Below, one piece after another: positions 13,008 to 27,739 of a stretch of DNA of 64,000 bases. The translations under genes and the position numbers were made by a program. Position 1 is the first letter of the stretch, and the number at the start of each line of letters is the position of its first letter. Below the pieces are notes generated by a model. The model saw only the letters and a program-made list of their open reading frames with translations. It was not told where the DNA came from and made no database searches. This stretch comes from Eledone cirrhosa (taxonomy: Eukaryota): assembly GCA_964016885.1 (NCBI GenBank), contig OZ024742.1:334242001-334306000 (forward strand), written 5' to 3'.

Positions 13008-13051
13008 TATATATATATATATATACATATATATATACACATATATACAGT

Positions 13052-13101
<50 letters not shown>

Positions 13102-13120
13102 TATATATGTCATATATGAT

Positions 13121-13174
<54 letters not shown>

Positions 13175-13191
13175 TATATATGTCATATATG

Positions 13192-13234
<43 letters not shown>

Positions 13235-14193
13235 ATAAATTAACGGAGCCATAGACTCTCGTTATTGCCTGTCAATAATGTGCTCAAAGGAAAGGGAATA
13301 CTGAGCTCTTTAAAATACAATACGTTTAAAAGGTAACACACTAGAGAGATATAGTGCGCCATCAATAAAACAGGGAAAACCACCAGTCTATGGAATCTAT
13401 AATCTATGGAAGGCAGGGTAGACACACAATAATTAAAAATATAAATTCAAATGTATATACGCACCTCTTTAACTATATAACACACGCGTACAAATCCATA
13501 GAGATCTGTTTCGCAAGGAAGTTGTTGACTGAAATGGAATAGCCTATGGGTCATCAGCGCGTGCAAGACTATACATTCCAAACAACTCTAAGAGAATCTA
13601 AAGCGACCTTCCGGCTACACGCGGCAGAGAGATGTCACATATTGCTTAGGGCAGTGAATCAGTGGTATCTGAGGGATGAGCTGCTAGAAAGGGCAGCCAA
13701 AACAACCACCCAAAGAAGTGTGCTTAACGAAACATATATATATATATATCACGATGAACTTAAGTAAATTCCATCAATCAAATTCCACTCATGCGACCCA
13801 TAACTGTAGTATATGGCGCATGCGCAGGTTGCCATCTAGTGGGACTGAATACAGAACAATGAAGTTAGGAATCGAACTCCTAAACCTCACAGCCATGTAT
13901 GGGCGTGAATTGTAGATTTTATTTTTTCTTTCATACATTTCTTGGTTCGGTAACCCTTTATAATGACGTAATCTCTTTCACCAACAATTTTAACTCCCTT
14001 CTCCTTTATCGTTGTCACTATTATTATTATCCACATCACCACCAATATCAATATATAACGCTATCACCATCGACACCACCACCGTAATCACAATCGCCAT
14101 CAGGGAGATATCCATCACATACATCACTAGCATCCTCATCAAAATATTCCCCATCATCTGCTTCCTACATCATGTCCATCATCCATTATCATA

Positions 14194-14470
14194 CCCCCCC
14201 CCCACCAATATCACCATCATCCATTATCATACATCCCCCACCAATATCACCATCATAAACATTATCATACATCCCCCCACCAATATCACCATCATAAACA
14301 TTATCATACAACCCCCCCACACCAATATCACCATCATAAACATTATCATACCCCCCACCCACCAATATCACCATCATAAACATTATCATACACCCCCCAC
14401 CAATATCACCATCATAAACATTATCATACCCCCCCCCCCCCAAACAATATCACCATCGTAAACATTATCA
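14194..14470. repeat. Minisatellite, ~38-40-bp unit, about 7 copies
   Basis: Unit cccccaccaatatcaccatcataaacattatcata with variable C-run length. Confidence 0.9.
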
Positions 14471-15020
14471 TCATCACCGCTATCCCCATCGTAGTCATAA
14501 TCCCCAACAACAAAACAATCATCAGCATCTAATCACCGCTAACATTTCCATCATTATTATCAACATCCACATCACTATCATTACCGTTATTATCATCACC
14601 TCCACCACGAAACCCCCTTCACCATGTTGTGTCTAACCATCCCCCAAAGGCCCACGTGATTCACCTCTAATCGTGTTGGAATCGTATGGCACCTCATTAG
14701 AGAAAAAAGGAGAGCAAAACGTCAAACACACATGTGTATATTTAGACACTCACACACACACCACAAGTGCACACGCTCATACATATATATACATACAAAC
14801 ATACCCATGTATGTTGGTATGTGTGAGTGTATAAACGTATATTTCCATAAGCAAATATTTAGCTTTATTTTATGTTTTAGTAAATTGCTTTAAACAGACA
14901 AAATGATAAGTAACAAGTAGTTCTTATATTTTATTCTAGCTCATGTTGATGTACATGTAATTGTTGATGTTGATTTTATACACATACACAAGTATATATA
15001 TATATATCTCTCTCTCTTCC

Positions 15021-15079
<59 letters not shown>

Positions 15080-15102
15080 GTATATATATATATATCATAC
15101 AT

Positions 15103-15170
15103 AGAAGATCCCGTTAAGGTTGAAAGCAGCGATATTTGCTTAAACTTTAACTGTTATTTTAATAAATAAA
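15103..15170 (+). mobile_element. Short remnant of the Naiad pLTR hammerhead region in a TA tract
   Basis: agaagatcccgttaaggttgaaagcagcgat..tgcttaaactttaa matches 6959-7025. Confidence 0.8.
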
Positions 15171-15679
15171 TATATATATATACTGTACATATATATATAT
15201 ATTTTTTATCGCTTTGCAATTACTGATGTCGTGTCTAGATTGCGGTTTTTGTTCCTGTTGCTATGTTATTTCTCTTGTTATAGCAAGGGAAAAAGGGGCA
15301 GAATTATCGCTTTCTGTCATTTTGCCATTGTTGCTGTTGCTGTTATGAAGAGAAGTCTGTCCTTAATGCAGACAAAAATAAAGACGTAATGATAAAGAGC
15401 CCAGAAAACAGAAAGATAAGCAGAGAAAATGACTATTCCGTATTCAATACAATATTCTGCTAAATCCACAACTGGCCTCCAGTGATTAAGAAGATAAATA
15501 ATAGACGAGAACACACCCTCTCAGACATATAAAGGCTCATATAAAATACATATATGTACAAACACGTATGTTGAACATGACGAGGACATCGTGACGGCGA
15601 AGGACATGAATCTAAAAGTTTTGAATGAATACATTCTTCTGATTACACACTTGAAAAGGATGTATATATATATATATGC

Positions 15680-15995
15680 TTTCTGAATTTGTTTAGCAAG
15701 ATTCTTTATCTGAAAACGTGTGTTGAAACCGATATTGTTATACTTTGGGAGGGTCATGTTACCAATAAGAAACACACGCACCAGTTGCTTTCACTTCAAT
15801 TTATTATAATAAATTTATAAATTTAGGAATTCATAAATTTCCGGTTGGTTGGTTCCACAACCAGATGATTGTTTATATATTGTCAAAGTTCTTTCGTCAC
15901 ACATTATGTGACCTCTTCAGTGACTGGGGATTCTTTTCTTTGTTTTTGTGCCTCTCCTTTTTTCTGTCCTACGCCATCTTGTTTTTGTGTGTCAA
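15680..15995 (-). mobile_element. PLE 3'-end remnant (HHR plus apparent ORF start MTLPKYNNI), ending in (TA)n
   Basis: Contains the HHR at 15882-15924; related sequence recurs at about 17148-17490 and 16530-16565. Confidence 0.6.
15882..15924 (-). ncRNA. Minimal hammerhead ribozyme
   Basis: Minus strand reads gtca CTGAAGA g gtcac-ataatgt-gtgac GAAA gaac TT tgac. Confidence 0.7.
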
Positions 15996-16060
15996 CATAT
16001 ATATGTTGATTTAAAACTTCACTGCTCACAAGTGTTTTTAAGCTTCATATCATGTCTCCC

Positions 16061-16131
16061 TATTTTATCTGATGAGAACGCAGATATCATCCGATAATGA
16101 TATTTGTTTTTGAAATGCGCATAATAAAATA
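16061..16131 (+). ncRNA. Minimal type I hammerhead ribozyme with a long stem II
   Basis: tattttat CTGATGA gaacgcagatatcat-ccgata-atgatatttgttttt GAAA tgcgca TA ataaaata: 8-bp stem I and palindromic loop 3. Confidence 0.85.
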
Positions 16132-16252
16132 CTTGGATCTCTTTTAACAATCTTTTGATCTTATATTATTTATACTCCAGTCCTATAAACTGTAGAGTGC
16201 TACTTATCCGATATTTGCATTGCTTTATTGTGCGACAATAAAACTCACCTCC

Positions 16253-16290
<38 letters not shown>

Positions 16291-16462
16291 CACTGGGAAT
16301 TTTACTCTGTGTACACTGTCATCACATAGAAGATAATGCAGTTTCACTTTTTCAAACGCTACATATGATTCACAGGTGATTGCATCGAAATCTTTACTGA
16401 TGTGAAAGATTTGACTCCATTATCTTTCTGTTCACATAGTTGTCACATTGGGTAATCAAAAA

Positions 16463-16508
<46 letters not shown>

Positions 16509-16562
16509 GTGTATATATATAGATATATAATTTGCTTTGCAAGGTTTTTGGTATGAAATCGT

Positions 16563-16676
<114 letters not shown>

Positions 16677-17110
16677 TGTGTGCAAATTATGTTTAAGTTA
16701 GGGTGGTTTTCAAAGGGTAGAATTGGTGTTTCCGGTTCATAAACGATGATGCAATAAATAAATTAAAGCACTCAAAGTTAAGCATATCATCCATTGTAGA
16801 TAGGGTATCCCCTTGCTGGTGCAGTAATGGAATTAAATACTCATTAAAACAACAACAGAAGGCCGGACTGAAAAATTTACTTCAGAAATCTATATCGGCG
16901 AAAGCACTATACATAAATCATGATGTAAGACTAGACGATTTAATCAGGTGTTATTTGGGGAATTAGACAACAGGATTACGTTGAACACAAACAGAGAATA
17001 GAATATAGAAAATAGAATATGGAGGATCGATTTGATTAATGGACAGCCTGCCAAATCCATGTTTTTAGCAATGTCAGACGGTCCCCAAATGTCACACTAT
17101 CAATTAATGC

Positions 17111-17147
<37 letters not shown>

Positions 17148-17149
<2 letters not shown>

Positions 17150-17490
17150 TTTTGCGAGGTTTTTGATATGAAATGGTGTGTCGAAACAAATATTGTTATA
17201 CTTGGGGAGGGTCATATTTGTGTAATAATATTGCCAGAATTAATAACAGAACACACTCAATGTTTGGTTAGTTTTCGCGTCTGTGTCTTTTATATCGGTT
17301 AATTTAATTTATTCGGTCCTCAATATTTACCATTGACTGACCAACGGTCAAAAATGCAGATGTAATATAGACACAAACATATATATATAGTCTAACAAAT
17401 TCTTTCGTTGAAATCTGCAACAACGTCAGTGGTGCTATTATGTTTCCCCCTGTTGTATTGTATGCCTACGCCATCTTTATTTAGTCTGTT
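17148..17490 (-). mobile_element. Diverged PLE 3'-end remnant related to 15680-15995
   Basis: Shares atattgttatact..gggagggtcat and cctacgccatctt with 15680-15995; decayed HHR core near 17398-17432; flanked by TA tracts. Confidence 0.55.
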
Positions 17491-17497
17491 TATTTAT

Positions 17498-17535
<38 letters not shown>

Positions 17536-17697
17536 CATTGATCTGTCATGCTATCTAACGTATGTTACTTACTCTAAGATGTAGCCTATAGATTTATCGA
17601 TGCATTCTTATTCAGTGATTCGTGCAAACGTAATTGTTACTTCGTGGGTTTGGCCGCCGCCATAACTTCTATTTTACTAACCTTCCACTTGTATGTG

Positions 17698-17728
<31 letters not shown>

Positions 17729-17936
17729 GAACAAGTAGGATCCCGACGGCTGAGCTCATGCCGTTTCGACGGCTAATTCACGACTAAAATCATTTTAGTC
17801 CAGAATTAGCCGTCGAAACGGCTTGAGCTCAGCCGTCGGGGTCCTACTTGTTCCTATTACGCACTCTACTACCCTAAGTATTGAGTACTTTGGTGCGTTA
17901 TGGTCCATCTGGTTCCTTACCAAATTTCCTTCGTTA
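17729..17936 (+). mobile_element. Short fold-back element, family B (HHR 3' half plus tail), in (TA)n
   Basis: Palindrome at 17729-17853 containing GAAA cggct-tgagctc-agccg TC, followed by a tail ending ttccttcgtta. Confidence 0.85.
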
Positions 17937-18034
17937 TATATATATTGGTTTATAATGTTTTAACCATTATCAGTGACGTTTAATCCCTCTTCATTAAATG
18001 GAATTAAGCTCTAGTTTATATACCTTTTGCATAT

Positions 18035-18522
18035 AATTATTTCTACTATAGGCATAATATCAGCAATTTGTGTGGGGAGGAGAAGTTCGATTAAATCGAC
18101 CCCAATGCTTTACTGGTGCTTTATTCTATCGACACCGTAATGATGAAAGGCAAAGTTAACATCGGCGGGATTTGAACTCAGACCATAAAGGACTGTAACT
18201 CTATGCTACAAAGCATGGTGTCCGACCCTCTACCGATACTGCCAATCCGCCTGTATATAATGCGGTCTTGGCGGGGAAGTTTACTTCGCATTATCCCAAC
18301 TAAAGTGAGTGCAGCGGATTGGCAATATCGGTAGAGGGTCGGACGCCATGCTTTGCAGCGAAGAGTTACGGCCCTTTATGATCTGAGTTTTAATCCCGCC
18401 GATGTTAACTTTGCCTTTCATCCTTACAGGGTCGATAAATTAAAGTACCAGTCACGCACTGGGGTCGATTTAATCGACTTTTCCTACCCCAAAATTGCTG
18501 GCCTTGTGCCTATATAAGAAAC
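18035..18522. mobile_element. Inverted (head-to-head) pair of Deu/Nin-type SINEs
   Basis: 18035-18251 (minus) and 18314-18522 (plus) with a ~60-bp spacer. Confidence 0.85.
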
Positions 18523-19570
18523 CATCATCACTACTAAATTGTGATTCGAGATAGAAGTGTGTATGAAAGCATATCAATATATTTATATTATTAAACAGAT
18601 ATGAATCTGGTATGAATGTTTTAATCCGCGTTCATGTCACAACTCCGTTCGTATCCACGTGAGAATTTTCAGACACTAGTGGTTTAGGATTTGTTCTAAT
18701 TATTTATATTTTAACGGGGTTTGACTGTAGCTTTAATCAGACTCTACTAACTTACGTTTCGATACTATGAACTTTATATTAGCCACATTTCTCAAATATT
18801 CTATATTGATGTTATTTCAAAATAATTTTTGATAACCTTTCAAAAATATTACAATTGTTTTTGGGTAGCGACACATTTGTTAATTAAATATAATTTAAAA
18901 TGTTATTGTATTTGAAATAATTCACAAATCATTTTAAATGTTCACTACTAGTATACCACAATATATTATTTTGTTATTTATAAATCAGATGCATTACAAA
19001 AGAAAGAAATTCGATAGTGAATATAATATAATAGGACATAAAGTCCATTTAACTATTAGTAAATCAGCAAATTATTGAAAAAAAAAAAAAAGAATTATGT
19101 TATAGAAGCTGATAGAATAGAACAGCAAATATTTCAATGAAGCATACAATTAGAGGAAGTAAAGGAATTAAAGAAATGGGTGACTTATGCTTGGAAATGA
19201 TACACATTATACTACTCATCCTTTCAACCAAAATGATTCAAATAATTTATAGCATCACATAAAAATGTAATAAAGTGAAAACGCAGCACTGACAGATTGT
19301 TACTGTCTCTGAAATTATTATGATTATGTTAGTTCTGCATTAACACAGTCACTGCTAAACATATATTGCGCAACATACATTTTATTATTCAGATTGATTA
19401 TAAAAATAATAAAATTTGTTTATATCATTTAAGGTTATGGGATCAGCTTCATCTAGCATAGCCCCATTGTGGGTGAGCATTAGTTGGTAAACTGATATTG
19501 AATTTAGTAACACATTAATATATTTCAATAAAGCTAGGTGTACTAATAAACAAAATGATCCTTTGTAACA

Positions 19571-19617
<47 letters not shown>

Positions 19618-19621
19618 ACAT

Positions 19622-19664
<43 letters not shown>

Positions 19665-20261
19665 CATATATAATATGAATTTACCATAGTCATTTAATAC
19701 AGTTGCACAAATACATGTATCACGTGTAGTTTTATCAGCATATATTATCGTTTTAGAATTAAATGGTTTTGCGGAGTCTATGTGAATCAATGCTTTTGCC
19801 TCAAAAGTTTAGCATTTACTGTCGTCAGGTAATTATTTAATAGTAAGCCTTCCAGGAAATTCTATACAAATTCCACAACTTGAAAAGCTAAACGAAGTTT
19901 TGAATCGCGACACCCGAACAATATAGAGAATAATAATTAAGAGTTTGTAACTTTGATAACTTTGATAGGCTTCGGCCATGTCTACCTTAAAAGAATCACT
20001 GTCCTGAAACATCATGACTCGATATATCTGTAATAGTCCAATAAAGATTCAAGGATAAACGAAAGGAATTCGTTTCAGAGTGGCAAATTTCAGTTCGATT
20101 CTGATAGGAATTTGTAGAGAATGCATAGAGATCGTGTAGAAACTGGTCAGCGACTAATAACCGTGTGTTCCCAACCGTAACTGGCTATATATATCTGTGG
20201 TGGCTAAATGCTTAACGCATATTTACAACAATTGATCAAAAGAACATCTATTTTATTAATA

Positions 20262-20329
<68 letters not shown>

Positions 20330-20364
20330 TATTAATAAAATAGATGTCCTTTTGATCAATTACA

Positions 20365-20415
20365 TTTTATAATACATATTTCGGATGTACAAAAGTACGT
20401 CCTCATCAGACAAAA
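20365..20415 (-). ncRNA. Minimal hammerhead ribozyme, inverted copy of 21138-21188
   Basis: Plus strand tttcggatgtacaaaagtacgtcctcatcag is the reverse complement of an intact core. Confidence 0.8.
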
Positions 20416-21137
20416 TATAATGATACATGACATACCCTGAGATGTTAAATGGTTAAGATTTAATCAAGGTAGTGATTACCTGATAGAAAACTTTGCTTAT
20501 ATAATATTTGTGTGAGAGTGGGAACACGTAATGAATTCATTAGAGAATATGTGAGTAAGAAAAAACGTTGCATACTTAATGTGTTCTAAAATTTTAAATT
20601 GTATGATACTATATCTAGGGAAACGTCTCATGATTTATAACAGCCAGTGATAGCCACTGGAAATAGATTTATAAGGAAGGAAAGATAAAGTGTAGGGGTG
20701 TTTTTTCGAAAGTTAAACGGTTAGAATTTTGAAATATTTAATTTATAATATTAATGTGAAGACTCCAGATTTCAGGATTATTTGCTATTTATTTATATTA
20801 TTTATATAAATTCGATAAGTGTGTTATCATTTCTAAACTTCTGAAATGTGAGAATAACATTATAAAGGATTTAGCTGGCACGTAAAGGCTGGCATTATAA
20901 TGTTGATTAATTACCTAAAACTAAACTTTAACAAACATCTCGACATATTAGGTATGTAAAGCTTTTAGAGTACTTATTGTTATACATATTTAAATAACTC
21001 ACACATTCTCTAATGAATTCATTACGTTTTTGCACTCTCACACAAATATTATATAAGCAACATTTTCTATCTGGTAATCACTACCTTCATTAAAACTTAA
21101 CCATTTAACATCTCAGGGTATGTCATGTATCATTATA

Positions 21138-21188
21138 TTTTATCTGATGAGGACGTACTGTTGTACATCCGAAATATGTATAATAAAA
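21138..21188 (+). ncRNA. Minimal type I hammerhead ribozyme
   Basis: ttttat CTGATGA gga-c-gtac-tgtt-gtac-a-tcc GAAA tatgta TA ataaaa. Confidence 0.85.
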
Positions 21189-21327
21189 TGTAATTGATCA
21201 AGAGAACATCTATTTTATTAATACTTATATTAATAATTCCTGAAAATTATTTACCGTTGAGTGCTTCCAATCTACTGCAAAAATCATTCTTTGACATAAT
21301 CATCGAATATTGTTTAACAATTTAATA

Positions 21328-21366
<39 letters not shown>

Positions 21367-24339
21367 GGGGGGGGGTCTATACGTGGGTTTATAGGCTTGG
21401 TATTAAACACAAACGCTTACACTTTAAAACCATTAGTTAGACAACATACATATTCCTACTCATATCCTTATGAATTTTATAACGGTTTACAAATAACAAT
21501 TCTATGTTATGCGGTTATCAAATGGAGAAAATAAGCAGGAATTTCCACAAAAGATAATGTTCAAAATGGCGAATGCAATTCCTACAAATTATAAGGGATC
21601 ACACCAGTTGATGAAGTAGTCCATGCCAAAAATATTAATAAATAAACAAAAAAACTGGCCTACAAGGGAAAAAGTAAATTCCATACTTCTGTTTGAAATA
21701 TCTAACATTCACAGTATAGAACGGCAGAATCATGTTGAAAGAACTAGAAAAAAAAATGACTACCTCACTGGAAACTATATTTTAATAGACAAAACACTAA
21801 AGTTGACATGGTTGTCAGAGTTTACAATGCCTTAACTGCAATAATGTCATAGAGTTTATTCGAGCATTTTAAACTGACTATTATTATCATTAAATTTAAT
21901 AATGTTTATTTTCACTTCATTGCTTGTTTTATATATGTTTGGTTGCATTTCGTTACATATGTTTCGACACAACTAAAACGGAAAAGAGTGGGTTATCAGA
22001 TCATGATGAATGGTTCCATTGCTCTTATTTTACTGATACTATCTGTCGGCCGCACCATTTATTAGAAGGATAAAAGATTTGAAATCAGATTAAACTTGTC
22101 AGTACTGAAATTCATACTAAAATGCATTACGCAGATATTATTTAGAGCATATTCAACACAATATACAACAGAAAACAAAACAAGATTCGACACGTATCTA
22201 AATCCCAACCAGCAACATTACAAGCAGGAAATGTATATAATAAATGTGTGAAATGTGTTTCTTAGTTGTTAATGCGCTTGACCCGCTATTGAAAGGGCGT
22301 GAGTTGTTTGACGCTGACACATACTGAGAATTACGAGAATGCTCAGTCACTTGCATGATAATTTCATGCGTAAGCTGCTCCAATGATGAAAATAACTGCA
22401 GCACTCGTAGTTGGAAAACACAAAGGTTCAATAACAATAATTATAACAGTATAAAATTTAGTCATGATCCCCATAGAATGTTGGGAGAATCTGACATTTA
22501 TGAGTCTCGCATTAATGATTTTTTTTTTTAATTAGAGTATTGGTGAGGTCGTGATTTTGGGTGATGTTAAAGTGTTTAGCTACTGCATTATTAATTTACC
22601 CGAAATATTTCTAACCATGGATTTTAACCAGTCCATTGAATTTAATTGTTCGTCCACCCCTACTTACGAAAATCTTTTCATATCCTCTATGGTGTAGAAA
22701 TTATAGGAAAAAAATGAAAACAATAAGCTGGGAAATTTGAATAATAAGTTGAAGCAAAAGAAATAAGAAATAGAATAATCATTATAAGGAAACATGAACC
22801 CCTATATAAAAGCAAATAAAAATTAATAATTAAACAAAACTATAAAATAATAGCTGCAAACACAACAGGTGTTCTCTCTATGAAATGAAGTATTCCGGCT
22901 AAAGTATAGCAGAGAAATTGAAAAAGGAAAATCTGTTTTATTTTTATTTTTACTTTCAAATATTTTTCTATTCTAAAAAAATAAATAAAAAAAATAAAAA
23001 TAAAACAAGAACAAAAAAAGAAAAATGATACAAGTTAGAGACATGGAAGATTTCTTGAGGATTTCCATTTTGAAAAATGTCGATAAAAGCAGTATTTTCT
23101 TTTTCATAACTATCATTCAAATATTTTGTTTTCTGCATCTTCACTATATTATTTTATTTTTCTGATTATTATCCTTCATTATTATCCTTCATTTGTTATT
23201 TTATTTTTCAATGCGCTGATGTGTATTTCCAGCCCTCTTTTAGTCTTCCAACTTTCAACAATTATTTAGTTCTTTCTATCTTCCATGTCGCTTCCTTTCT
23301 TTCCTTCGTTATTTTCTTCTCTTTTCCACAATTTAATGTTAATTTTTCTTTGTTTCTACTTTCCATTTATTTTCTCTTTCCCCTGCTACCTTTTCTTTCT
23401 CATATCTCCTTCTCGTCTGTCTATAATTCTATCTTCATTTATATATTTCCAAATTTCTTTATTCTACTCGTTCACTTTCGTTCCTTTTGGCAAGATTTCT
23501 ATAACAATATCAACTTATGCTATCGACAAATAATTTCAGGCATGTAGTGTCAGCATAAGAACTTGTTCACTTATATCACATCAACCAAATTTACGGGTGT
23601 TTCATAAATGTCTTCCACACACCCTTTAACCTTTAAAGAAGTTACTGAGATGCTGAGTTTGTGTTTCTTTTAATAGTTTTATAGTTGTACTTATTATTTT
23701 ATTTATTTTGAGTTTCCTTAATATCGAATTCGAAGAGTTTCTATTCGAGTTTATTACAAGTTGATTATTTTCGATTTTATTTCGCATAAAACCACGTAAA
23801 TAAGCAGCGAATTGCCAGAGTCGTTTGCACGTCAGCTAGAAGAGTTTGTGGTATTCGTTCTTGCTCTTTGCGCTCTGAGTTCAAATCTCGCTAATGTTGT
23901 TTGCTTTTCATCTCTTCAAGGTCTATATTGCTATACACCGTAAATCAGAAAACCATGTAATCCATATCGACAAATCCATGTGACGGTAAATAAATCAGCA
24001 CAATCGCCAGTACGTATTTTTTACACGTATTTTAATACAAAGGGATACGCTATAACCAAACACCTTCCTTAAAATGGAGACCGCAGAGTATTATTCAAAA
24101 GTCGGTAATGGTTTCAATTTCACCAAAGGTGCTGTGCTGTGCTGGTCTCTTTTCATCATCATTGTATGATTACTTAATCAAGTTGTGGATGGGGGTCACC
24201 GCGGTGTAAAATATATATTTAGTTGTATTTCATTAATAAACCTTAAAATAAAATTATTCGGCCTGCGTTCATATCATTTGCACGTTAAAACATATATTTC
24301 CCTTTTAATACATCTGTATTCGTGATATATATGGATATC

Positions 24340-24492
24340 AGATAGGGTGTCGTAAAATACCAGGTGGACTGTAACCCAGCACAGTACTCGATACTTAGAG
24401 AGGGTAATATGAAAATATTCAGGACCCGACGCTGAGTCCGGCCATTCCGAAACGCCGGAGCTCAGCCATCGGGGTCCTGAGTCCTTTCATAT
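24340..24492 (-). mobile_element. Diverged family B-related fold-back element
   Basis: Imperfect palindrome caggacccgac..gaaacgccggagctcagccatcggggtcctga; the tail resembles family B (ccaggtggac, agtactcgatacttag). Confidence 0.7.
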
Positions 24493-25084
24493 AAATATCA
24501 TATATATATATTTATATATATGTGTGTGTTTAGTCTCTTTTTCTTCTGTAATAATGTATTTTTTCTTTCGTAATAATGTATTTTGTTTTTATTAAATACT
24601 GCTCAATAAGTTTTATATACTGTCAATTGTTTTTCATGTCATTGTGAGATTTATTTTTTATATTTAATCTTTGTTTTCTATTTCAATTGTTTTCTACTGG
24701 TCCATCTTTCAGATATTTTATTTCATCTATTAAATAAGTGGTATTTACAAAAATAGGCAATAAAGCATTCAGATGTTAAATAACACATGGACATGCTCGG
24801 TTCAAATAAAGCGATAATGTTTCAGATCCAACATTCATACCAACATTAACACTAGCATGACGACTAGCTGCACCACAACGATGACGATGATCACAACTGA
24901 CTACACTAGTAACAGAACCCCAATCACAACAGATAACATAAATTCCACTGACAGTCGCTAGAAAAGAAATTAATGAAATATAAGAAAAGAAAGATATTTA
25001 TATAGGATTGATATGATTTTCTCCTCGTTACTGTATAAACCTGACACCTTGCATTCTCTTTATGACAGTTACGTTGTACGTCTG

Positions 25085-25128
<44 letters not shown>

Positions 25129-25153
25129 ATATATATATGTATGTATATATATG

Positions 25154-25209
<56 letters not shown>

Positions 25210-25509
25210 TATATAGATATAGATATAGATATGTTGATTTAGTAGAAGAGGTGATGCTGCCAGTACAAACACGCACCAGTGATCTTCGTTGTTGTATTAG
25301 TCAGGTAACTAATCCATTCATCAGTTAGTTTAGTAACCGGAGGAATATATGATTTTCAAAGCTCTGGAAATATTTCAGTAAGTTGTAAGTTGTTGACCCT
25401 AACCTTAACCCTAACACCATTGAACCAAACTTCACAGACACGCACACACACACTGACACAGATACACAGACAAATAGATATGTGCTTATATATATATATA
25501 TATTTGTGT

Positions 25510-25608
<99 letters not shown>

Positions 25609-27739
25609 AAGAGAAAGAGGAAGAGAGAGGGAATGAGAGAGAGTGAGAGTAAGAGAAAGAGAGAGGGAGAGATAGAGTGAGACGTTTGCATACTTAATTA
25701 AATGACCTTATATTTGAAAACTGCACAAGAAGTTTTATGTTGGTTGATGATATAAGATTACAGAATATGCTTACGGGTCCAGGAAAGATTTATCTTTCTA
25801 TAGATGACCCATTTTAATTATATGCAATTACTCAACTGAAAATAGTAAGATTCATATATTCTACAGAGGACACAGTTTTAATGTGTTCCAAATATTCTGA
25901 TAATGTACTAACCTTGGTTTAATTAGACTAGTTTTATGCTGTGGAGTGTATGGCTATGTGGTTAAGAACTTTGCATAATAAAAAAATTGGTTCAAGTTTG
26001 ATTCCACGACATGATATCTTTGGCAATTGATTCCAGATATCTGCTGTATGATAGGCTATGTTCAGAACGACATATACACACAAATACACACACACGTGTG
26101 TATGTGTGTGCGCATAAGGGATATATACATCGGAAAAAAACTGGTGTTTTCCGAAAGAAGATATTTTAAATATGTGCCTTGCACTCTCCCATATTAGAAC
26201 TACCGTGTCACAAATTGTACCCATCGATTATATTATCCACCAATTACGATACAGAATGAAATGAATATATATACAAGTGTTTACAGATGAGATAAATAGC
26301 AGTTTGTCACTCTTCGAAGCTTGAACACCGACTGTGATTCATATGTTATTTCCTTTTAATTGAAAGAGAGCATGAGATCATATATCGGATAAGTGACTAT
26401 TTCCTTGATAATAATTATGTGTCCAATAGGATTGCATATATAACTCATATTTTATATAATTGGTTTGAATTTCATTAATGCCAAACTACGTTAACTATGT
26501 TAAATATTTAATAAAATCCCCTCCGGTTATGTTTGACCTTGTGTTTACACCTGGAATGTACATATCCATGGCATAGGCGGAGCTAAGATCACACCATACA
26601 AGCAACTGTCCCTTCTCTGCAACACCATTATTTTCTAATGGAAAGACATGGGCTGATAATACCGGAGGCACTAGAGTCTCAGGCAAAATCATAACGCAAA
26701 TGGCACTTTGAGAACCACTGGGCATCCCATCAGACGTTCTACCAATTCCACCAATCCAATGCCCTTGGGTAATATTTATTCATCATGGGTGAAATGATAA
26801 AAGCTAAAATTGACTTCAATTTAAAGCTGAGATTTAAACAAAGTGCAGAGAACAGAAACAAATACCGTGAAGTCTTTTAATCCGACCTTTCAACTACTCA
26901 GACAATTCTCCCTATATAAAATGCATCATAAATAGCATAGAAACATCAGATGGGTCATCTAGATGACTCGAAAAGAAGCTATCAGTAGGACTAGGATACT
27001 GCCAATTGGAGACTGACTGACACTTGATCAATTTATTTGTGTCACGTGGATGGGGATAAATGATATAAAACCCGAAACACCAAGTTACACTGATTATACG
27101 TGCAATGATTTGCATCCGTAGATGCAAGAAGATCTGTAGCTTACGTAGCGTTAAAGCAAAAAAAAAAAGAAATTTATAAACATGATCGCCCATCTCACGA
27201 ATCAAACGTTTTGACCAAAAAAATGTACGATACATTTAATGTAGGAATATCTATAATTCATGATACACTGTGAAAACGCAATGAATGTGAAAATTGATTA
27301 CATTTACACGTTTCAGCACTATTTTGCCTACCTTCAGAAGAAACTAGTAAAAACAAGACAACGAGCCAAAAGAGTCACCTCACAATAGACACTCAACATG
27401 CCCAAAACAGTAGACACATTTCCCTCAAATAACACTGGACAAATCTACTGTGAAACTCTGTTACATGTTTACAGAAAAAAGGTGAGGTAGTCTTAATAAG
27501 AAGGCTGTTGAGAGGAAACATGCTCTATCAGGAACAACAACGACAACAAAACAATGAAAAGAAACCCAACATACACCAATAACCATTGTTACTATGTTAA
27601 GACCGACGGATTTGCACAGGATACACCTTATTGTATTTGCTGAACGTGTTATGTTTGTGCATTGCAGTTTGTGCCAAATTCCAAAATTCGTCGTCGCTAT
27701 AGTATTGATTTCCTCCAACTAATATTATTCAAAATAGCC

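Larger units (their letters stand above)
20327..21330. mobile_element. PLE-derived fold-back insert with ~230-bp inverted arms, each carrying an HHR, between (TA)n tracts
   Basis: 20327-20556 is the reverse complement of about 20997-21226; a further short arm copy lies at 20231-20265. Confidence 0.85.

Noticed and set aside
14194-14470. CRISPR-like regularly spaced repeats
   Set aside because: Units are contiguous with no unique spacers, there are no cas genes, and the context is eukaryotic; this is a minisatellite.
20560-20995. Possible GIY-YIG remnant between the inverted arms
   Set aside because: Multiple stops and no motif I can identify with confidence.
27303-27340. Further weak HHR-like cores here and near 25283-25326, 44910-44940 and 55222-55250
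   Set aside because: Core substitutions and poor stem I or III pairing make them indistinguishable from chance by eye.
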